From positions 60,142,001-60,206,000 of the forward strand of contig NC_058382.1 in the NCBI RefSeq assembly GCF_018350175.1: 64,000 bases of DNA. The letters run 5' to 3'. Every line of letters begins with the position of its first letter. Position 1 is the first letter of the stretch. Shown piece after piece: positions 35,357-48,900 of this stretch. The notes beneath the pieces are model-generated. The model was not told where the DNA came from and did no database searches. It saw nothing but the letters and a program-made list of their open reading frames with translations. The stretch is from Felis catus. Taxonomy: Eukaryota. The position numbers and the translations under genes are program-made.

Positions 35357-36649
35357 GCACCACCACCACCCCCCACCCCCCCCCGCCACAGGCTACAGAT
35401 GAGCGGATGCGCCATAGTTTTGGACGAGGGACAGATAAAATCCTCCTTTTTTTCCTCCCTGAGACCCTCGTCAAGATCCTGGAGTAAGTGCTCCCTGCCC
35501 AGCATCCCTGATCTGCTGTGGGGTTTCAACTCCCCCGGTCCTGGAGCATCCACGGTAGCGTGCAGGCCCGTGAGGAGGTCTGTTGGACAAGCCAGGCCAC
35601 CTGCCACCTTCACTGACAACAGCCAGCCTCGCAAGTTTACCCCTCGGGAGGCTGGTCTCTGGTTCTCGACGCGTCCCCGAAGTTGGGCGTGCTGTCAGCA
35701 GCACGTGCATCCCGTGTCTGCCTCACGAAAGAAAGCGCCTTGTCTGAAATGCCTGCGTCAGAATTGGAGGTAAACCAGCTGCGCTCGAACGGCTGGGGGA
35801 ACTCGAAGGCCGTGGCCCTGCCCCCGCCCCGAGACTCCGGTTCGGTCCTCCGGAGCGCACCCCGGCACCCGGCGGTCCGGAACCCGCCCGGGAGTAAAAA
35901 GTAGAATCCAACAAGTACAGGCCGTCCACAGTCTTAGGAAATTGTTCTGGAAACGGTGGTCTGACCTGAAACGGTTTACGCTTAGTCGCATTCACTGCAG
36001 GAACGTCTGTCACGGTGCTGCGGAGGGCAGGACGCCCAGCGTGGCTTTTTAGGTAGGGAGGGCCACAGAGCCCACAGCTGACGGGCTGTGTCGACAACCG
36101 CCCAGGCTCCACCTGCCACAAACCTCCGTCACGAAGCGAAGCAAGTCTCGCAGCCCGGAGCTCCCTCGCACGGTGGGTGCTCACGGAGCGCTCAGAGAAG
36201 GGCTTGGCCCTCCATCGGTCGGGGCCCTACCAGACCGGGGGGAACCGGGGGGAGCGTTCACACACGTCAGAGGTGGACCTTGAGGCTTGGGCTCACGGAG
36301 TCCGCAGCGCAGCAGGCAACAGTCGGCCGCAGTCCAGGGCGAACCTCTTCTTCCGCAGGAAATCGCTCTCCTCTCAGTGTCCTTCAGCCCAGGGGGTGAG
36401 GCCCCCCCACATCTCAGAGGGTGCCCTCCTTTACCTGGAGCTCAGCCACGCGTGCCAGGCACCTTCCCAGCGACACCTAGATGCGAGAGTGACTCAGCAC
36501 CTGGGGGGACCGCCAGCCCCCTCCCGAAGGAGCCGCCTGTTGGGATTCTGTCCCCGACACCGAGAAACTTCCTCGCTCAGCTGTGTGCCCGTTGTGCCCG
36601 TTGTGCCCATTGCTGTGTGCGCCCGGGCTGTGCCGGGAGCTGCCTCTCA

Positions 36650-36716
36650 CAGCAGAGTCCCCAGCGCTCGGGGGACCCCTGGCACGCGGGATGCTTTCAG
36701 AAGTGTTTGTTGAATC
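36650..36716. mobile_element. L2 3'-end fragment
   Basis: cccagcgctc…cctggcacgcggga tgctttcagaagtgtttgttgaat resembles the L2 terminus. Confidence 0.55.
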
Positions 36717-36954
36717 GTGATCTGTGCGTCCATGCCGTCACGGTGACGTGCACGCCGATGTGCCTGTCGGACGCTGATGACGGGGACGCCCAGGGCGGCC
36801 GTGACGTGACTCGTGAGGCCCTTGCACCGAAGAGCGCCGTCCAGACGAGCCCTGAAAGGGAAGCATCGGTGAAACCCACGTCTTTCCCGCAGATCCCGTG
36901 GGGTGGGGTCTCTCAGCCTGCAGGGTGGCTCCGGGCTTTGGTGTAAGATAGGTG

Positions 36955-37035
36955 CAAGCCCCAGCCCTGCCACCTGCTAGGCGTGTGACTTGGGCAAGTC
37001 ACTGGGCCCTCTGAGCCTCGCTGGTCCCACCCAGA
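36955..37035. mobile_element. MIR fragment
   Basis: ccagccctgccacctgctaggcgtgtgacttgggcaagtcact…ctctgagcctc matches the MIR core. Confidence 0.75.
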
Positions 37036-37849
37036 AGTCCGGCAGGCAGCACCGGACCCGGGCAGGGGAAGGCTCTGGGGGGCGGGAGGCGGGGTCGACT
37101 CTCTTATTTTTAGAGATCTGTTTCCTGATTATAAAAAGCCAAGCACCCTGATCGTGGGCAACCTCAAACATCCCGAAAAGCAGGAGGAGGTGGGTGAAGC
37201 CCACCTACAACTCTGCCATCCGGACACGCCCAGCACTGAAGTCGTGGGGTGTCTTGGGTTCAGGGTCTCCCTGTGCGTTCCTTTCTCCCCAGCCCACCCC
37301 CCAGGGTCAAGATTCAACGCCTCAGACATCAGGTGAGGACGCGCTAGAATATCTGACCTCTGTCTCCACGCACGGGTCCTGTTTCTAGGTCCCGTTCCAC
37401 CGGTTCCGGACACAATTACTTACATCTACACACGGGTTTAGGGAAATTCCCTGCAAAGGCGGAAGGCCGTTAGCCATGCCCCTGAGCTGCTGGCCCACCC
37501 GCGTCCAGACTCTTCTTAATTTACCGCCCCCCACTTGGGGGCGTCGAGGTTCCGATTAGTTGGCATCTGTGGAAAGCGTTTTCTGGATCTTGGACCTCCT
37601 CCGGAGAGGAGGTGCCATAGAATGACCTCCATCAAAGGTGAACGGCATTTTCAAGGCTGTAGGCACACATCAGCCAATTGGCGGGTCACACGTGAAGAGT
37701 GCACGGGCCTGGCCACGGCCTGCGCGAGCCCCAGCGGCGGGACCAGGCGAAGTTGGAACCTGTCTGGACTTCCACGCGTGTCGCACGTACTCCTGATCGT
37801 GCAGTCCTGAACCTCATCCCCACGAGAGAGGGACCAGTAGCGTCTGAAT

Positions 37850-37940
37850 TTTGCCAGGCTCAGAGAGGGTTAGCAACTTGCTTTAACTGGCCCAGCCAGG
37901 TGGTGGTCAAGTCAGGGTGTGATCCCTACGTGCTGCTCCC
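37850..37940. mobile_element. MIR fragment
   Basis: aggctcagagagggttagcaacttgc…cagccag matches the MIR core. Confidence 0.6.
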
Positions 37941-38084
37941 TCCTGGGGCCATACGGTGTGCTTGCTGAGGGGCCTCGCCCCTTCCCTCCACGTGGGGCCA
38001 CGGAGGCTCTCTGGAAGAGGCCGCAGAGAGGTACCTCCGTGGGCTGGAACTCACGTGTCAGCTGAGTTCTGCCATCAGAAATGA

Positions 38085-38301
38085 GGGGCGCCTGGGTGGC
38101 GCAGTCGGTTAAGCATCCGACTTCAGCCAGGTCACGATCTCGCGGTCCGTGAGTTCGAGCCCCGCGTCGAGCTGATGGCTCGGAGCCTGGAGCCTGTTTC
38201 CGATTCTGTGTCTCCCTCTCTCTCTGCCCCTCCCCCGTTCATGCTCTGTCTCTCTCTGTCTGAAAAATAAATAAACATTGAAAAAAAAATTTTTTTAAAA
38301 A
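38085..38301 (+). mobile_element. Can-SINE (SINEC_Fc, young-looking) with TSD
   Basis: ggggcgcctgggtggcgcagtcggttaagcatccgacttcagccaggtcacgatctcgcggtccgtgagttcgagccc. The TSD agaaatga(g) is at 38077 and 38302. Confidence 0.97.
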
Positions 38302-41300
38302 AGAAATGAGAACCAAGGTTGGGAAAGTGTCCTTTCGGTCTCCTGGTCAAATGGCTACCGAGGGTCCTTTCTGATGGCATGGTAGTCAGGAAGAAGGAGA
38401 CTGGAGACCCCAGGGACCCTTTGGAGGGTTGTGTGAGCCCTGTGTGACCGGGGGACATACTAGTGACAGCCTTGCTTGGTCCCTGTGGCTGGACAGGAAT
38501 AAGGACGTGACCACATGTGTGAGCGTGCGTGTCATGAGAGCCATGTGTAAGCATGCGTGTGCGAGTGTGCCTGGGGCCTCTGGGGGGCTGGGGGTCCTCT
38601 GCGGGGCTGCTGTCCCCCGAGAGGTCAGTCCTGTCACCTCTTTCCACCTCCTCTGTGGAATCTGCATCTGGTGCATAGAAAGAGCTTACAGCAACTTCAG
38701 GGGTAAACTATGGTCACGTTATGCTCCCATGACTCAGTTTCCCTGGTAGCTGAGAGCCGAGGATGCCTTGGTAAGCGGACAGATCAGGCAACTCTGGGGC
38801 CGCAGGATGTGTAGGCTCAGAGGAGAGACCGGCTTTCGTGTTTGGTGACCCTTGCCTGCACTGGGCACGTAAATAGCTCCCGCCAAGTTCATTGGTCAGT
38901 GGGTGCTGTTGACATCTTGCAGACGTGGACGTGGGGGCTCATGAGGGAACATGACCGGCTGAGCGTCCCCAGAGAATTAGGAGGGCCTGGAATCCAGCCC
39001 GTCCTGCTTCTCCCAGTGCCCACCGCCCTCCCTGAGCCTGGGGCTGCATCTGAGCCGCTAAACTGTCCTACAGAAAGCCCCAGAAAGGAGCCCAACAAAG
39101 GGCAGCCCCCCGAGACCCGCGGGCTGGTGACCCCCAGGGAGGACGCCTCCTGAATCCCCTGTCAGCAGGTGTCCCCCCTCCGCGCCGCTGAGGAAGCAGT
39201 CCAGAGGGTTAAGAAAGCCAGCAGCCTCGCAAAGAAGCATCATCCGGCGTCTTCCCCACATGTTCCAGCTTATGGTGGGGAAAGCAAGGGGGGAGCCCGA
39301 TGGAGACCAGGGGCTGGTCCGTGGCCCCCGAGTGCAGCCAGTTTGTGCCCCTGCACACGCAGGGATGACGTTCTCCGGATCCCTCCCGACCGGGCAAAGG
39401 CAGGGTTAAGTGCGTGGAGGGAGTGGGAATCCCAGCTGCCTGGGGCTTGAAGCTCCCCAGCCGAGTGGAGGCCGAGCGGAGGCCGAGCGGAGAGAGGCAG
39501 AGTTCGCCGCCCCGCGGCCGCCGCAGGCACCTGGGCCGGCGCCGTCCCCGAGGACACGAGGATAGCTGCCCCGCCACACGCCACGTGCCGGGACACGCAG
39601 CAGCCACGGCACTGCCGCCTCCAGGGTAAGTGCAGGCTCCCCGCGCCCGCGCCGGTCCAGGCACTGGCCCTGGCGCTGGCTGACGGGGGTGTCGGAAGTC
39701 TAGTGCTTTCCTTAGGAGTTTGGATGTGACGCTGACCGGGCCGCCTGTGTTTTTGTTGCTGTTGTTAATGCATTCAGACTTGCAACCGAATCCTGGGAAC
39801 AAATGCCATCTGGGGACGTCTTTAAGGCAGAGCAGAGCGTTCTGTTTTCCTTTTGAAAATTCCGAGCCTGGACCAAATGTGAGCTCAAGGGCAGATCACT
39901 TGCTGGGAGTGGAGACCGCCTGCAGCCCTCCATCCGAGGCCGTCGGGGCGCCCCCTTCGCGAAGGGTGCCTGCCGGATGCCTGCGTCGTCGTTTGCCCCC
40001 TGAGAGCCGTCCGTCCACGGCGACGGCCTTCTCTCTCAAGGCAGCCGGTTCAGACGTGCTCCGGACAAACCCGATTAGCTGTACTTTCTGCTAAATGTGC
40101 GTCTCGTTACGGCCTCCCTGACTAAGCGAGGAGGCAGGACCGGTCGCCCCGACCAGCCAGGAGCAGAAGTGGGACTTCCCGCTTGCGGTCACGCGGCCCG
40201 TCCGAAGCCGGCTCCGGTGACGACAGGCCACTGTCCCGCGCTCCCGAGCGCCGGTCTCCACCCCGGCACAGGCCTCTCTCTCCCCACACTCCCGGACTTG
40301 TTTCCCAGTATAAAGCCGGGCAGCGACCGGGAATGACAGTCACGGTTTCTGCACCGAAACTTCCTGAGACCCCCTGAGAAGGTCCCTCCGCCACACGCAG
40401 ACTCGACCCAGACCCCCGTTGCGTGAGGTTTGCTGTGGCTTCTTCTGGGCTCGGCCTCTGTGGCCGGAAGGATGGCGGCCCGGGTTGTTGACGAGTCCCC
40501 GGAGGGAGCCGGATGACAGACAGGAAGGGACGTGGCTGAGGCTCTGAAGGTCCAGGTCTCCCCGGGTGTCACCGCGCTTTGTGTAGAAGTCGTGGGATGC
40601 CGGGCGTCGGCGATTCCTCGCGCCTTCCGCGTCCTGAGCTGTAAGGGGGGGCAGGTGGAGGCGGCTTGGGCCGGATTCCCCGCCCCGGTCGGATGGTGGG
40701 AGCACGGGGCTTCCTCATCGATGTGTCCCTGCTGGTGGTCAGACGTCCGGATTGGGAAATGCCCCCGTCAGTGATCACAGCCATCTTCCTGGAATCGGAC
40801 TCTGCGGAGAGAGAACTTCCAGACCCGGAGCTCAGCGCGGGCTGAGCAGACAGAAGCGAGGGGCTGGCGCCAGAGACCGGCGCCCCGCCCCCACTCCTAA
40901 CACATTAGCTGCCGGGTCCGTTTGCTTCCACGTCCACCCTCTGGGACCCTGTCCCCTTGGTTTCGTCCTGCGGCACGCACCTTGTGGCTGCGATCCCCAA
41001 AGGGGGGGGCGGCCGGGTTCTGGGCAGACGCACCTTTTCGTGGTTTTGATTTTTCTCGGAATGGTGTCCCGGTGTCCACAGGCACTCCAGAGGCGGGACT
41101 GGCTTCTCTGCGGCTCCCCGCTCTGAGCCCCAGGCGTCTCCAACCCAACACACGCAAGAGTCTTCAGGTAGGAAGAAGCCATCACTGCAGCTGCCGGGGT
41201 CGGTGGTTACGGGTGGGTTGTCCCAACTCCCCCCCCCCCCCCCCACAGCTGGTGTCCTTCCTTCTGCCGTGCGGTCCAAGCGGCTGAGCTCTTCCCTGAG

Positions 41301-42544
41301 AACCGCCTCGCAGGGGGCTCCTTGCTGGGTGCTCCCGGGGAGTGTGGGGCTCCAGCCCCCAAGCCCCCCCTACGCAGTGCCAGGGGCCATCGTGGGTGGG
41401 GGTGGGGCATCTGGTCCCCTCTTTCCTGCAGCAAAAATGCTCTCACCGCGTGGGGCGAGGGGCAGGAGCACCACCCTCACTGAGCCCCGCGCCCTGGCTC
41501 CTGCGTCTGGGAATCGCCAGACCTCCCCAGGAACTGGGTTCACCGCATCTTCGGGCCTCACGAGAGCCCCCCCAAAGCACAGTGGCGTGAGGTCTCTTAA
41601 CACCCTCCCCTTTCTGGTCACAAAAATTGGGCCTCGGGGTGGTTAAGACCCTCGCTCAGGCCCCCTGGCCCGGAAGTTCCTAGCCGGTCGCGAGCCTGGC
41701 CGTCCCGTCGTGAGGCTTTCTGCCTCCCAGATGCCACCTGAGAGTCCCCGGTGGGTTCGTCGAGATACACAGGGCGCTCGCTGAAAGGGCACAACCCCGC
41801 GGTCTCTGGCGTATCTGCAGAGCTGTGCAGCCCTCCCCAGTGTCCGTTTTCGAACTTCTTCATCAGGGCGGGCAAGCCCGTGCCCCTGAGCAGCGCCCCC
41901 TCCCCAGCCCGGCAGCCCCTCGCCCAGGGCCTCACAGGTGGCCGCCTGTGTCCTCCGGGCCCGCCCCCGTTGTAGCGTGTGTGTCCCCGCGAGGTCTTGG
42001 CCCGCCCCGCGGGGCCTCGGAGCCTTCGGAAGACCGACCGGCTCTCCGTGCGGCGACCAGATGCCTCTGCGCCGCTCACGCCCTCCCTGCACAGGCGCAG
42101 ACGGCCGCGGCCCGGCCGCCTTGCGCCATGAGCGCGCACGCCCCGGCCATTCCCACCCCGACGGTGCAACCACTCGTACGTTCACACGAGTTTGACCGCT
42201 GAAAGGGTAAGGGGCCCCCCGTAACACCCGCGGCGCTTTCACGGGATCCGTGGGGGGCTGGGGGTGCGTTTGCCAGCAGACGTGTGATCTCAGGCAGAAC
42301 TGGGAAGCAAGCGTCACTTCAGACGGGTGAGGCGTCCAGGGCCTGACGTGCTGTGTGGTAAAGGGTTCCGCAGCCCCAGCTGGAGTTTCCGCGATTGATT
42401 GCCGATGCCTGCCTTGGACGGGGGAGGGGGTTGCCAGGACGTGTGCAGGCTGGCGGCGGGTGCACGTGTGTTTAGAGGGGAGCAGTCGCCAGATCTCAGA
42501 CGCCAGGGCCAGGGCACATGCAGAAGGCGGGGGCTCACGCCAGC

Positions 42545-42546
<2 letters not shown>

Positions 42547-42585
<39 letters not shown>
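42547..42585. repeat. (GT)19 microsatellite
   Basis: Perfect dinucleotide run. Confidence 0.98.
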
Positions 42586-42586
<1 letters not shown>

Positions 42587-43559
42587 ACGGAAGGACACGT
42601 CCCCAGCCCAGCCTTGCTGGCCAGGCCACGTCTCAGGCAGGCGGAGTTGGGCGCGGGCCCGGCGAGCTGGTTCCAGGGAGTCCGTGCGGAAGTCACTTCC
42701 CAGCTCAGCCACCTCTGAGTAATCGAGGATTTAAGATGTGCAATCTGCTGTCTGGCCACATCTGGTGGTACTCGGGCCAGCGCAAAGCGTTTCCTTTTGG
42801 CCGTTGAGTCCCCGCAGAGGGAGACGGCGTGGAAGGGCGCCAGCGTCCCGCCACTCGCCCCCACGCCTCTGAAGTCAGTGCATTGCAGCGGAGTCACGAG
42901 CCCGGCCTGCGCCCCCGGCGTCCTGCCCCCGCTCCCCACTCGCTATTGATGCGCAGCCCTTGGCAGACGGGGCTCCCGCAGGAACGCCCTCCAGCAGACA
43001 CGGAGTCCAGGGCGGTGAACCTCCCACAGAAGAGATTGGCTGCCTAACAGGGAAGAACCCCGTGTACTCTCTCGAGGGAGTAGGTATGTGGATTCACGCT
43101 GCCAGAGTTCCAGAACTTTCCCTCAGCGTCACCTTACTTATCTTCTTTGTTTGCAACCTCCCACCTAATTCTTCTCCTCTGAAAGGTCCTATTTCCCCTT
43201 AACAACCGATCCAGACAGCAGATGTAGCGGAGGGAGGAATGTTTGTTCCGCGTCTCCGTATCTGGGCTGCCCAGAATCTCCGCTTCCCGGACGTCCTCAA
43301 GTGTCAGCCACCATCTGTGGCCCCGACGGGGGTCTCCTCCTCTGCTGTGCAGCGTGTGGGCTGGCCCACGGCCCCGCCTGGTCCCGAAACACAGGCACTT
43401 AACCCGAGCTGGCCCTACCCGCCAGGAGAGAGGGCACCGGCTGGGGTACTGCCCGTGCGGACCATCGCCGGGCCCACGGCGGGCACGTGTTCTGGGTGCC
43501 TCTGCCCCCCTGCACCCGCGAGGGTGGGTTTATGGCTTTCCTGTTTTCAGACACCGCGA

Positions 43560-43830
43560 CTGGTAAGCCGAAAATGGCCCCCCAGTGGCGTCCTCGTCCC
43601 AGTCCCCAGAACCCGCGGCCGTGTGGCTTCCCGAGGCAAAAGGACTTTGCAGGTGTGATCCTGTTCGGGCTCCGGAGACGGAGATGTTTTCGGGATCATC
43701 CAGGCCGGTGGGGCGTGGTCACAGGGTCCTTACGAGGGGGAGGTGGGGGGAGCCTTGGCACAGACGGAGGAGGCCACGCGAGCACGGAGGCCGAGGCTGG
43801 GCCCCCGTGGCCACACTTGGAGAACCCCCT
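43560..43830. mobile_element. MLT1 (C/D-like) LTR fragment
   Basis: aaaatggccccc…gtcctcgtcccagtccccagaacc…ggcaaaaggactttgcaggtgtgat…gtcacagggtccttacgag. Confidence 0.75.
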
Positions 43831-46329
43831 CTGCTTCCTGCTTGGGCTGAGCTGGCAGTGCCTGCTCCCGCGCGGGGTCCCGTCCACGGGCTGGGGCGGG
43901 CCGCTCTGGGCTGTCGCCACGTGTCCCCGGCTGGTTCCGACGCAGGTGACTCGCAGGGTCTGCATTTAAGACCCACCGGTCGCGTCCTAAGTGAGCGGCT
44001 TCCCGTGCCAGCGGCAAGGGACCCGCCGGGTTTGCGCAGCCCTGGTGCCCCCCTCCTGCCCTTGGGCCCTGGGTTCCCTCCACACCATCAGCCCTTTGCT
44101 TCAGTGCCGGCGTCTTCTAGCAGGTGAGCTGTGGCTCCCACTTCAGAACTAGAGCGTGGCCTTTACAGTTTGTTTATTTTTAATCTCTGTGCCCAGTGTG
44201 GGGCTCGAGACCGAGAGTCTCGCGTCGCCCCGACCGGGCCGGCCGGGTATCCGGAGTGTGGCCTGCAAAACCCGCTCGTTTTAAAGTAGCTTCTCTGTCC
44301 GGGGGAGGGAAGGATTTGAAGCCAGCGGGTTTGGAGCAAGGCGGATCCCTCAGGGCAGACGCCGAGCTCGGCCTGCGCACGTGGCTCGGGACGGGCCCAG
44401 GTGAGGCAGGAAACGCCAGCGCCCGACGGCTCGGCCAGGTGCGGCCAAGTGGCGAGCGCGTGTCCGAGGCGGGTCTCCGCGCTGGCCTGGCCGCTGCCGC
44501 CGTGAGGCCCCAGGGCAGGTCTGAGGACGCGGAGAGACCGCAGGAGAACAGGAGCATCCGGTCCCCACCCCGCTCGCCTCACAGATAGGTAAGCCAAGGC
44601 TCCGAGTGGACGGTTTGCCCGGGGGCACTGGCGCGGAGGCCTTAGCTTTGCAGGCCCCCCGGCTGGCGCCCTTCCCTCTGCACCCTCCCCGGCCCCGGGC
44701 CAGGCCCCGCGGCCCCGCCGTTTCCATCAGAGCTGCTTCCCGCTCAGACGCCTGGCGCGGCCCAGGGTTCTCGGGGGTTGGCGGCCGCCCTGGGCCGAGG
44801 GGCAGGGGACTGGGCGTTAGGAACCCGCATTTGAAGCCCATTTCCTCGCTGTAACAGCGCACCTCTGAGCTTGTGCACGTTCGTTTCCCTTTTAAGGCCG
44901 TGCTTTCTTTGCAGAGCAGGGCGTCGTGGCCCGTGAGCAGTCTCTCCTCTGTCGTGTTCCGCGGCCCCGCACTGTAATTACGCTTCCCTCCTGTTCCGGC
45001 GTGCCCGCATCGCCGCTCTGACGCCTGCCGGGTGGGGGGCAGGTGGCTGGTGAAGGGGCGGTCGGGCTAAGGGAGCGGGAGCTCTTGGCTGTGGAAAGCC
45101 CACCGGGGAGTCTGCTGGGGAAGCTTCCGGCTTCTCTGGACGGGGCGGGGAGCCCCTCCCCCACCGGTGCGAGCACAGTTCCCGCGGGACTGAAAGGCTG
45201 TCGGGTGGGGGACGCCAGCCTCGTGCCAGAACGCCGTGATGGGGGGCCCTGCTGCCGGTTGTCCGGGCGGCACAAAGGAAATGCCCTCCCCTGACGGCCG
45301 GCCGGGCCCAGCCCCCGCTCAGCTGCCCTGGCAGGTCACGGCGGCCCCCCCCCCGTAAGTGGGGAGAACAAAGTACACAACGTGCATACGCCTCTCAGGA
45401 CACGGGCCCTTCTCCGGGGGAGGCCAGGATGGACGGGAGGAGGCGCGGCCGGAAAGGGCTTCCGGGCTTCAGGCTGTGTGGTGTTTCAGCGATCTGGGTT
45501 CGGGGGCACAAACGCAGAACCACGAAGAGCCTCCGTCCTGCTCTGGCGGAGGGATTTGTGTATGTGGGGCCCGTGTGTGTCTCTGCTAGGGATCCTAGGA
45601 CGTTGACGCGACCCTCCCGACCTGGCGAGCGCATCTACCGAAGGGAAAAGCTCACACCCGGCTTGCCGAGGTCCCGCCCTCCAGCTGGGCCGGCACAGCC
45701 CGCATCAATTCCACGCGGCATCAGTTCCACGCGGCGCTGCTGGGTCCTCGAGGCACCTGCGCCCATTCTACAGGCGGGGAGGCCGAGCGCCAGGGTGCAA
45801 GGCCACGGGCCGGTGAGTGACAGATCCCGAGGGGAGGCCCGCGTTGTTTGACCTGGAACCTCCCGGCTCGTTTTCCCTTCCCTCCTGAGCCAGACTGCCG
45901 CGTCCAGGGAGCGCCCCGGCCTCATCCACTCCAGCAGAGCGGGGAAGTAGGAGGAAGCGTGGCCGAAGCGGCCACTGTGTTTATTTCTGGCCGCTTAGAT
46001 CCTTTCTGCACCTCACTGTAGTTTCCAGTGTATTTACCATAAGTATACGTTATTTTCGTGATCAGAAAAAGTTACAGAAACCTTTAGGGGCACGAGCCTA
46101 GTGCGTGAAGTGTGTGAGTCCTGGCGGACGAAGCAGAGTTACTTCCCAAGAGCAGCTGGGGTCTACACCCCGGGCGGCCACCCGTCCAGCCACCCTGCAC
46201 GCCCTTCCTTTCTCACTTTAACCCTGATTTGTCTGCAGTGGCGTGGGCTCGGTTAAAAACACGTGTGGCTCCCTCGCAGTTAAGGCTGTGTCGATGAGAG
46301 GACAGTGAAACGTACCACGTGAGGCTCCC

Positions 46330-47140
46330 GGGGAAGCAGTGTGTTTCCTGTGTGGTGTGGACGGAGGGACAGGTGCACGGGTCGGTAGGACAGCACTCAA
46401 GGCCCCGAAATAGACCCGCGCAGACGCGCCCAGCTGATTCCTAATAAAGGCCGAAAGCCATTCCGTGGAGGGAGGGCAAGCCTTCCAACAGCGGGACCTC
46501 GAGGGGCGGAAAGTGACCCTCCAGTTACCCTGACGCCTCATTCAAAAATGCGCGCAAAACGGGTCAGGGATTAAATGTAAAGCGAAAAGCTATGAAACTT
46601 TAGAAGAAGGAATCACAGAAAACGTTCGGGACGGAAAGCCAGGCACAGAGTTCCTAGACTTGACGCTTAAAGCGTGGCCCGCCAAAGGACCTTCAGAAAC
46701 GTGCCGACGCCCGTAAAAGGGACTCGCTCAGGATGAAGAAACTTTGGTTCATTGACAGACTCTGTTACGAGGGGACGGAGCGGGAGCGAACGTTGGCCGA
46801 AACTAAACACACACCCGGCAATTACACTCTTGGGGCATCCGTCCCAGAGCAACGGAGGCCTGTCTCTGTGCAGAGTGGACACAGATATTCGTGGCCTCTG
46901 TGTTCCTGACAGCAAAAGACTGGAAACAACTCCGGCGTCCTCCGTCAGCATGGGATACGGGAGCACGCGGCCGGGAGAGAGCTGATCGTGCGCCCCCACT
47001 TCCTTCCCATCGGCGGTGACGGGGCGAGTGGGACTCGCCCGAGAAGGTGTTGGTCCTGCCGGACTTCCTTGGGGACTCTGTGTCTCCGAGTCTGGGTGAC
47101 GGACGCGTAACCTCTGAAGTTGTCGGTAATGACCGTGGGG
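46330..47140 (+). mobile_element. Ancient L1M ORF2 3' end / 3' UTR relic
   Basis: ccgaaatagacccgc…cagctgatt, taaatgtaaagcgaaaagctatgaaactttagaaga, gcaattacactcttggggcat, actggaaacaac. Confidence 0.75.
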
Positions 47141-47249
47141 GGGGGGGGGGCGTGTTCTGAAGGCTCAGGCCTGTAGAGTGACGTGGCTGGGCGTTCCCGT
47201 CAGTGGGGCACGCTCGGTGGCTATTTACCTGTCGTGCGCCGGACACAGA

Positions 47250-47350
47250 AGGGGGAAGCGAAGCACAGAGAGGTCACTTGCCCCAGGTCACCCAGCTGGC
47301 GAGCGGCAAAGCAGCGATTTCACCCCCGGCGCTCTGGTCCTCCACTCTGC
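47250..47350. mobile_element. MIR fragment
   Basis: ggaagcgaagcacagagaggtcacttgccccaggtcacccagct. Confidence 0.65.
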
Positions 47351-48900
47351 CTCGGCCCGTGCCGGCTGCCACACCCCCGTCCTCAGAGGGGACGAGCTGG
47401 GTCCCCAGCTCTAAAGGTGTCTCTCTGGCCTCCGGAGGGCGGACGGTCACCCTGCTGGCGACGGTGAGGCTGTGTCCCCGCCTGTGGTGGCTTAGCCGCG
47501 GATTTCTCCACGGAGGCGGCTCCTTTTCCTCCCTGAGGGGGTCTTGGCCTGAGCCAGGCTTTCTGCCCACACCTGGCCCTGCTTCTCCACCCGGCCCCGG
47601 GGCAGCAGAATCCAGATGAGTGATGGGGCGTCTGGCCTGGGAAAAGGCCCCTCAGCGGAGAGGGGTGGTCCACGTGGGGCCCGGAGCCTGGCCTGAGGCC
47701 TGGTTTTGACGCTCTCTACTGTGTGGGCTCGGGGGAGCTCCTTAACCTCTCTGGGCCTTAATCTCCGACCCAGCAGGCTCCGACAGGCTGATTGGAGGTG
47801 AGCTCTGTTATCTCGGGCTCAGAGCCCTCTCTCCTCCGTGAGCATTGGTGAGCCTTTTGGAACAGCATCCTGTCGCCGTCGGTGGCCTCTCCCCGGCATT
47901 GCGACTGTGATGCGAGGAGGAGGGAACACGGCGGCCCACGTTCTGTGCCGCTCTCCCCAGGTTGGCCTGCCTTGTGCTGCTAGGTCTGTCTGGGGACAGG
48001 GGACTGCCCTGCACACGCCGCCGGCCACCTTCCAGAAGGGCCGCCGAGGGCATTCTGCACCCAGGTGTGGCGTCCAGGAGATTTTCATTCCTGGGCCCGT
48101 GCAGGCCCTGTGCTGTCCCCTTCAGGCCCCGTGCTGTCCCGTGAGGCCCCGTGCCACCCCGTGCCGCCCCGTGCAGCAGTGCTGTGGCATCCCCGCTGGA
48201 TCGGAGGTTCCTGACCATCACGGTGCCCCCGACCCCTTCTGGAGTGAAGATCTCAAACGTGTCCGAGAACACCCGTGCTCTGGGCGTGAGAGGAGCCAGG
48301 CCGGCTGCAGCACACATATCCCGGAAAACAAGTCAGGGTTCCACACAGGCTCCCACGGAGTTGGAGAGGCCGCCCCCCCCCATTCTGAGCCTGCAGCCTC
48401 GTGGGGCCGGGCGGCATCTGTGGGGTCAGCAGTAAGCCCGCGGGGTGCTAAGTCCCGGGCACCGCCGACCCTTCTGCGCTTTGGGACGGACACTCGTACC
48501 TGCAGATGCTCCGTTTCAGTACAGGGCCGTGAGGACGAAGGCGTGATTGTTTCCCGTCCGAGCTCACTGGCTCCTCCTCTGGAGCCCTCCTGCTCGAGAC
48601 CGAGGACGGGCCCCAGGCTCGCCACCCGCGGGGGAGAGAGCACCGCATTGGAAACCACAGGGCCCGATCGATCGTCCGTCGTCGGAAAGGCATGGGGCTG
48701 GGCGCCCCCAAGACGTTCCCGTCTGGAATCTCTATGGGCAGAAGCCGGGAGTCTGCACTCAATGCTCCGCCCTAGGAGGTGACTTTACACGCTTAGAGCC
48801 TGGGAGCATCGCAAGGACCCAGGAGCTATTCACCTGCAGGCCTGGACCGAGCGAGGAAGGAACAGCCCCCCAAGGCCTTGACAGGCAAGACTACGGTTTG

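Noticed and set aside
47838..48782. 314-aa ORF, and similarly 41643-42629 (328 aa) and 50735-51493 (252 aa)
   Set aside because: No recognisable homology. Stop codons are rare at this GC content, and one of these ORFs spans a microsatellite.
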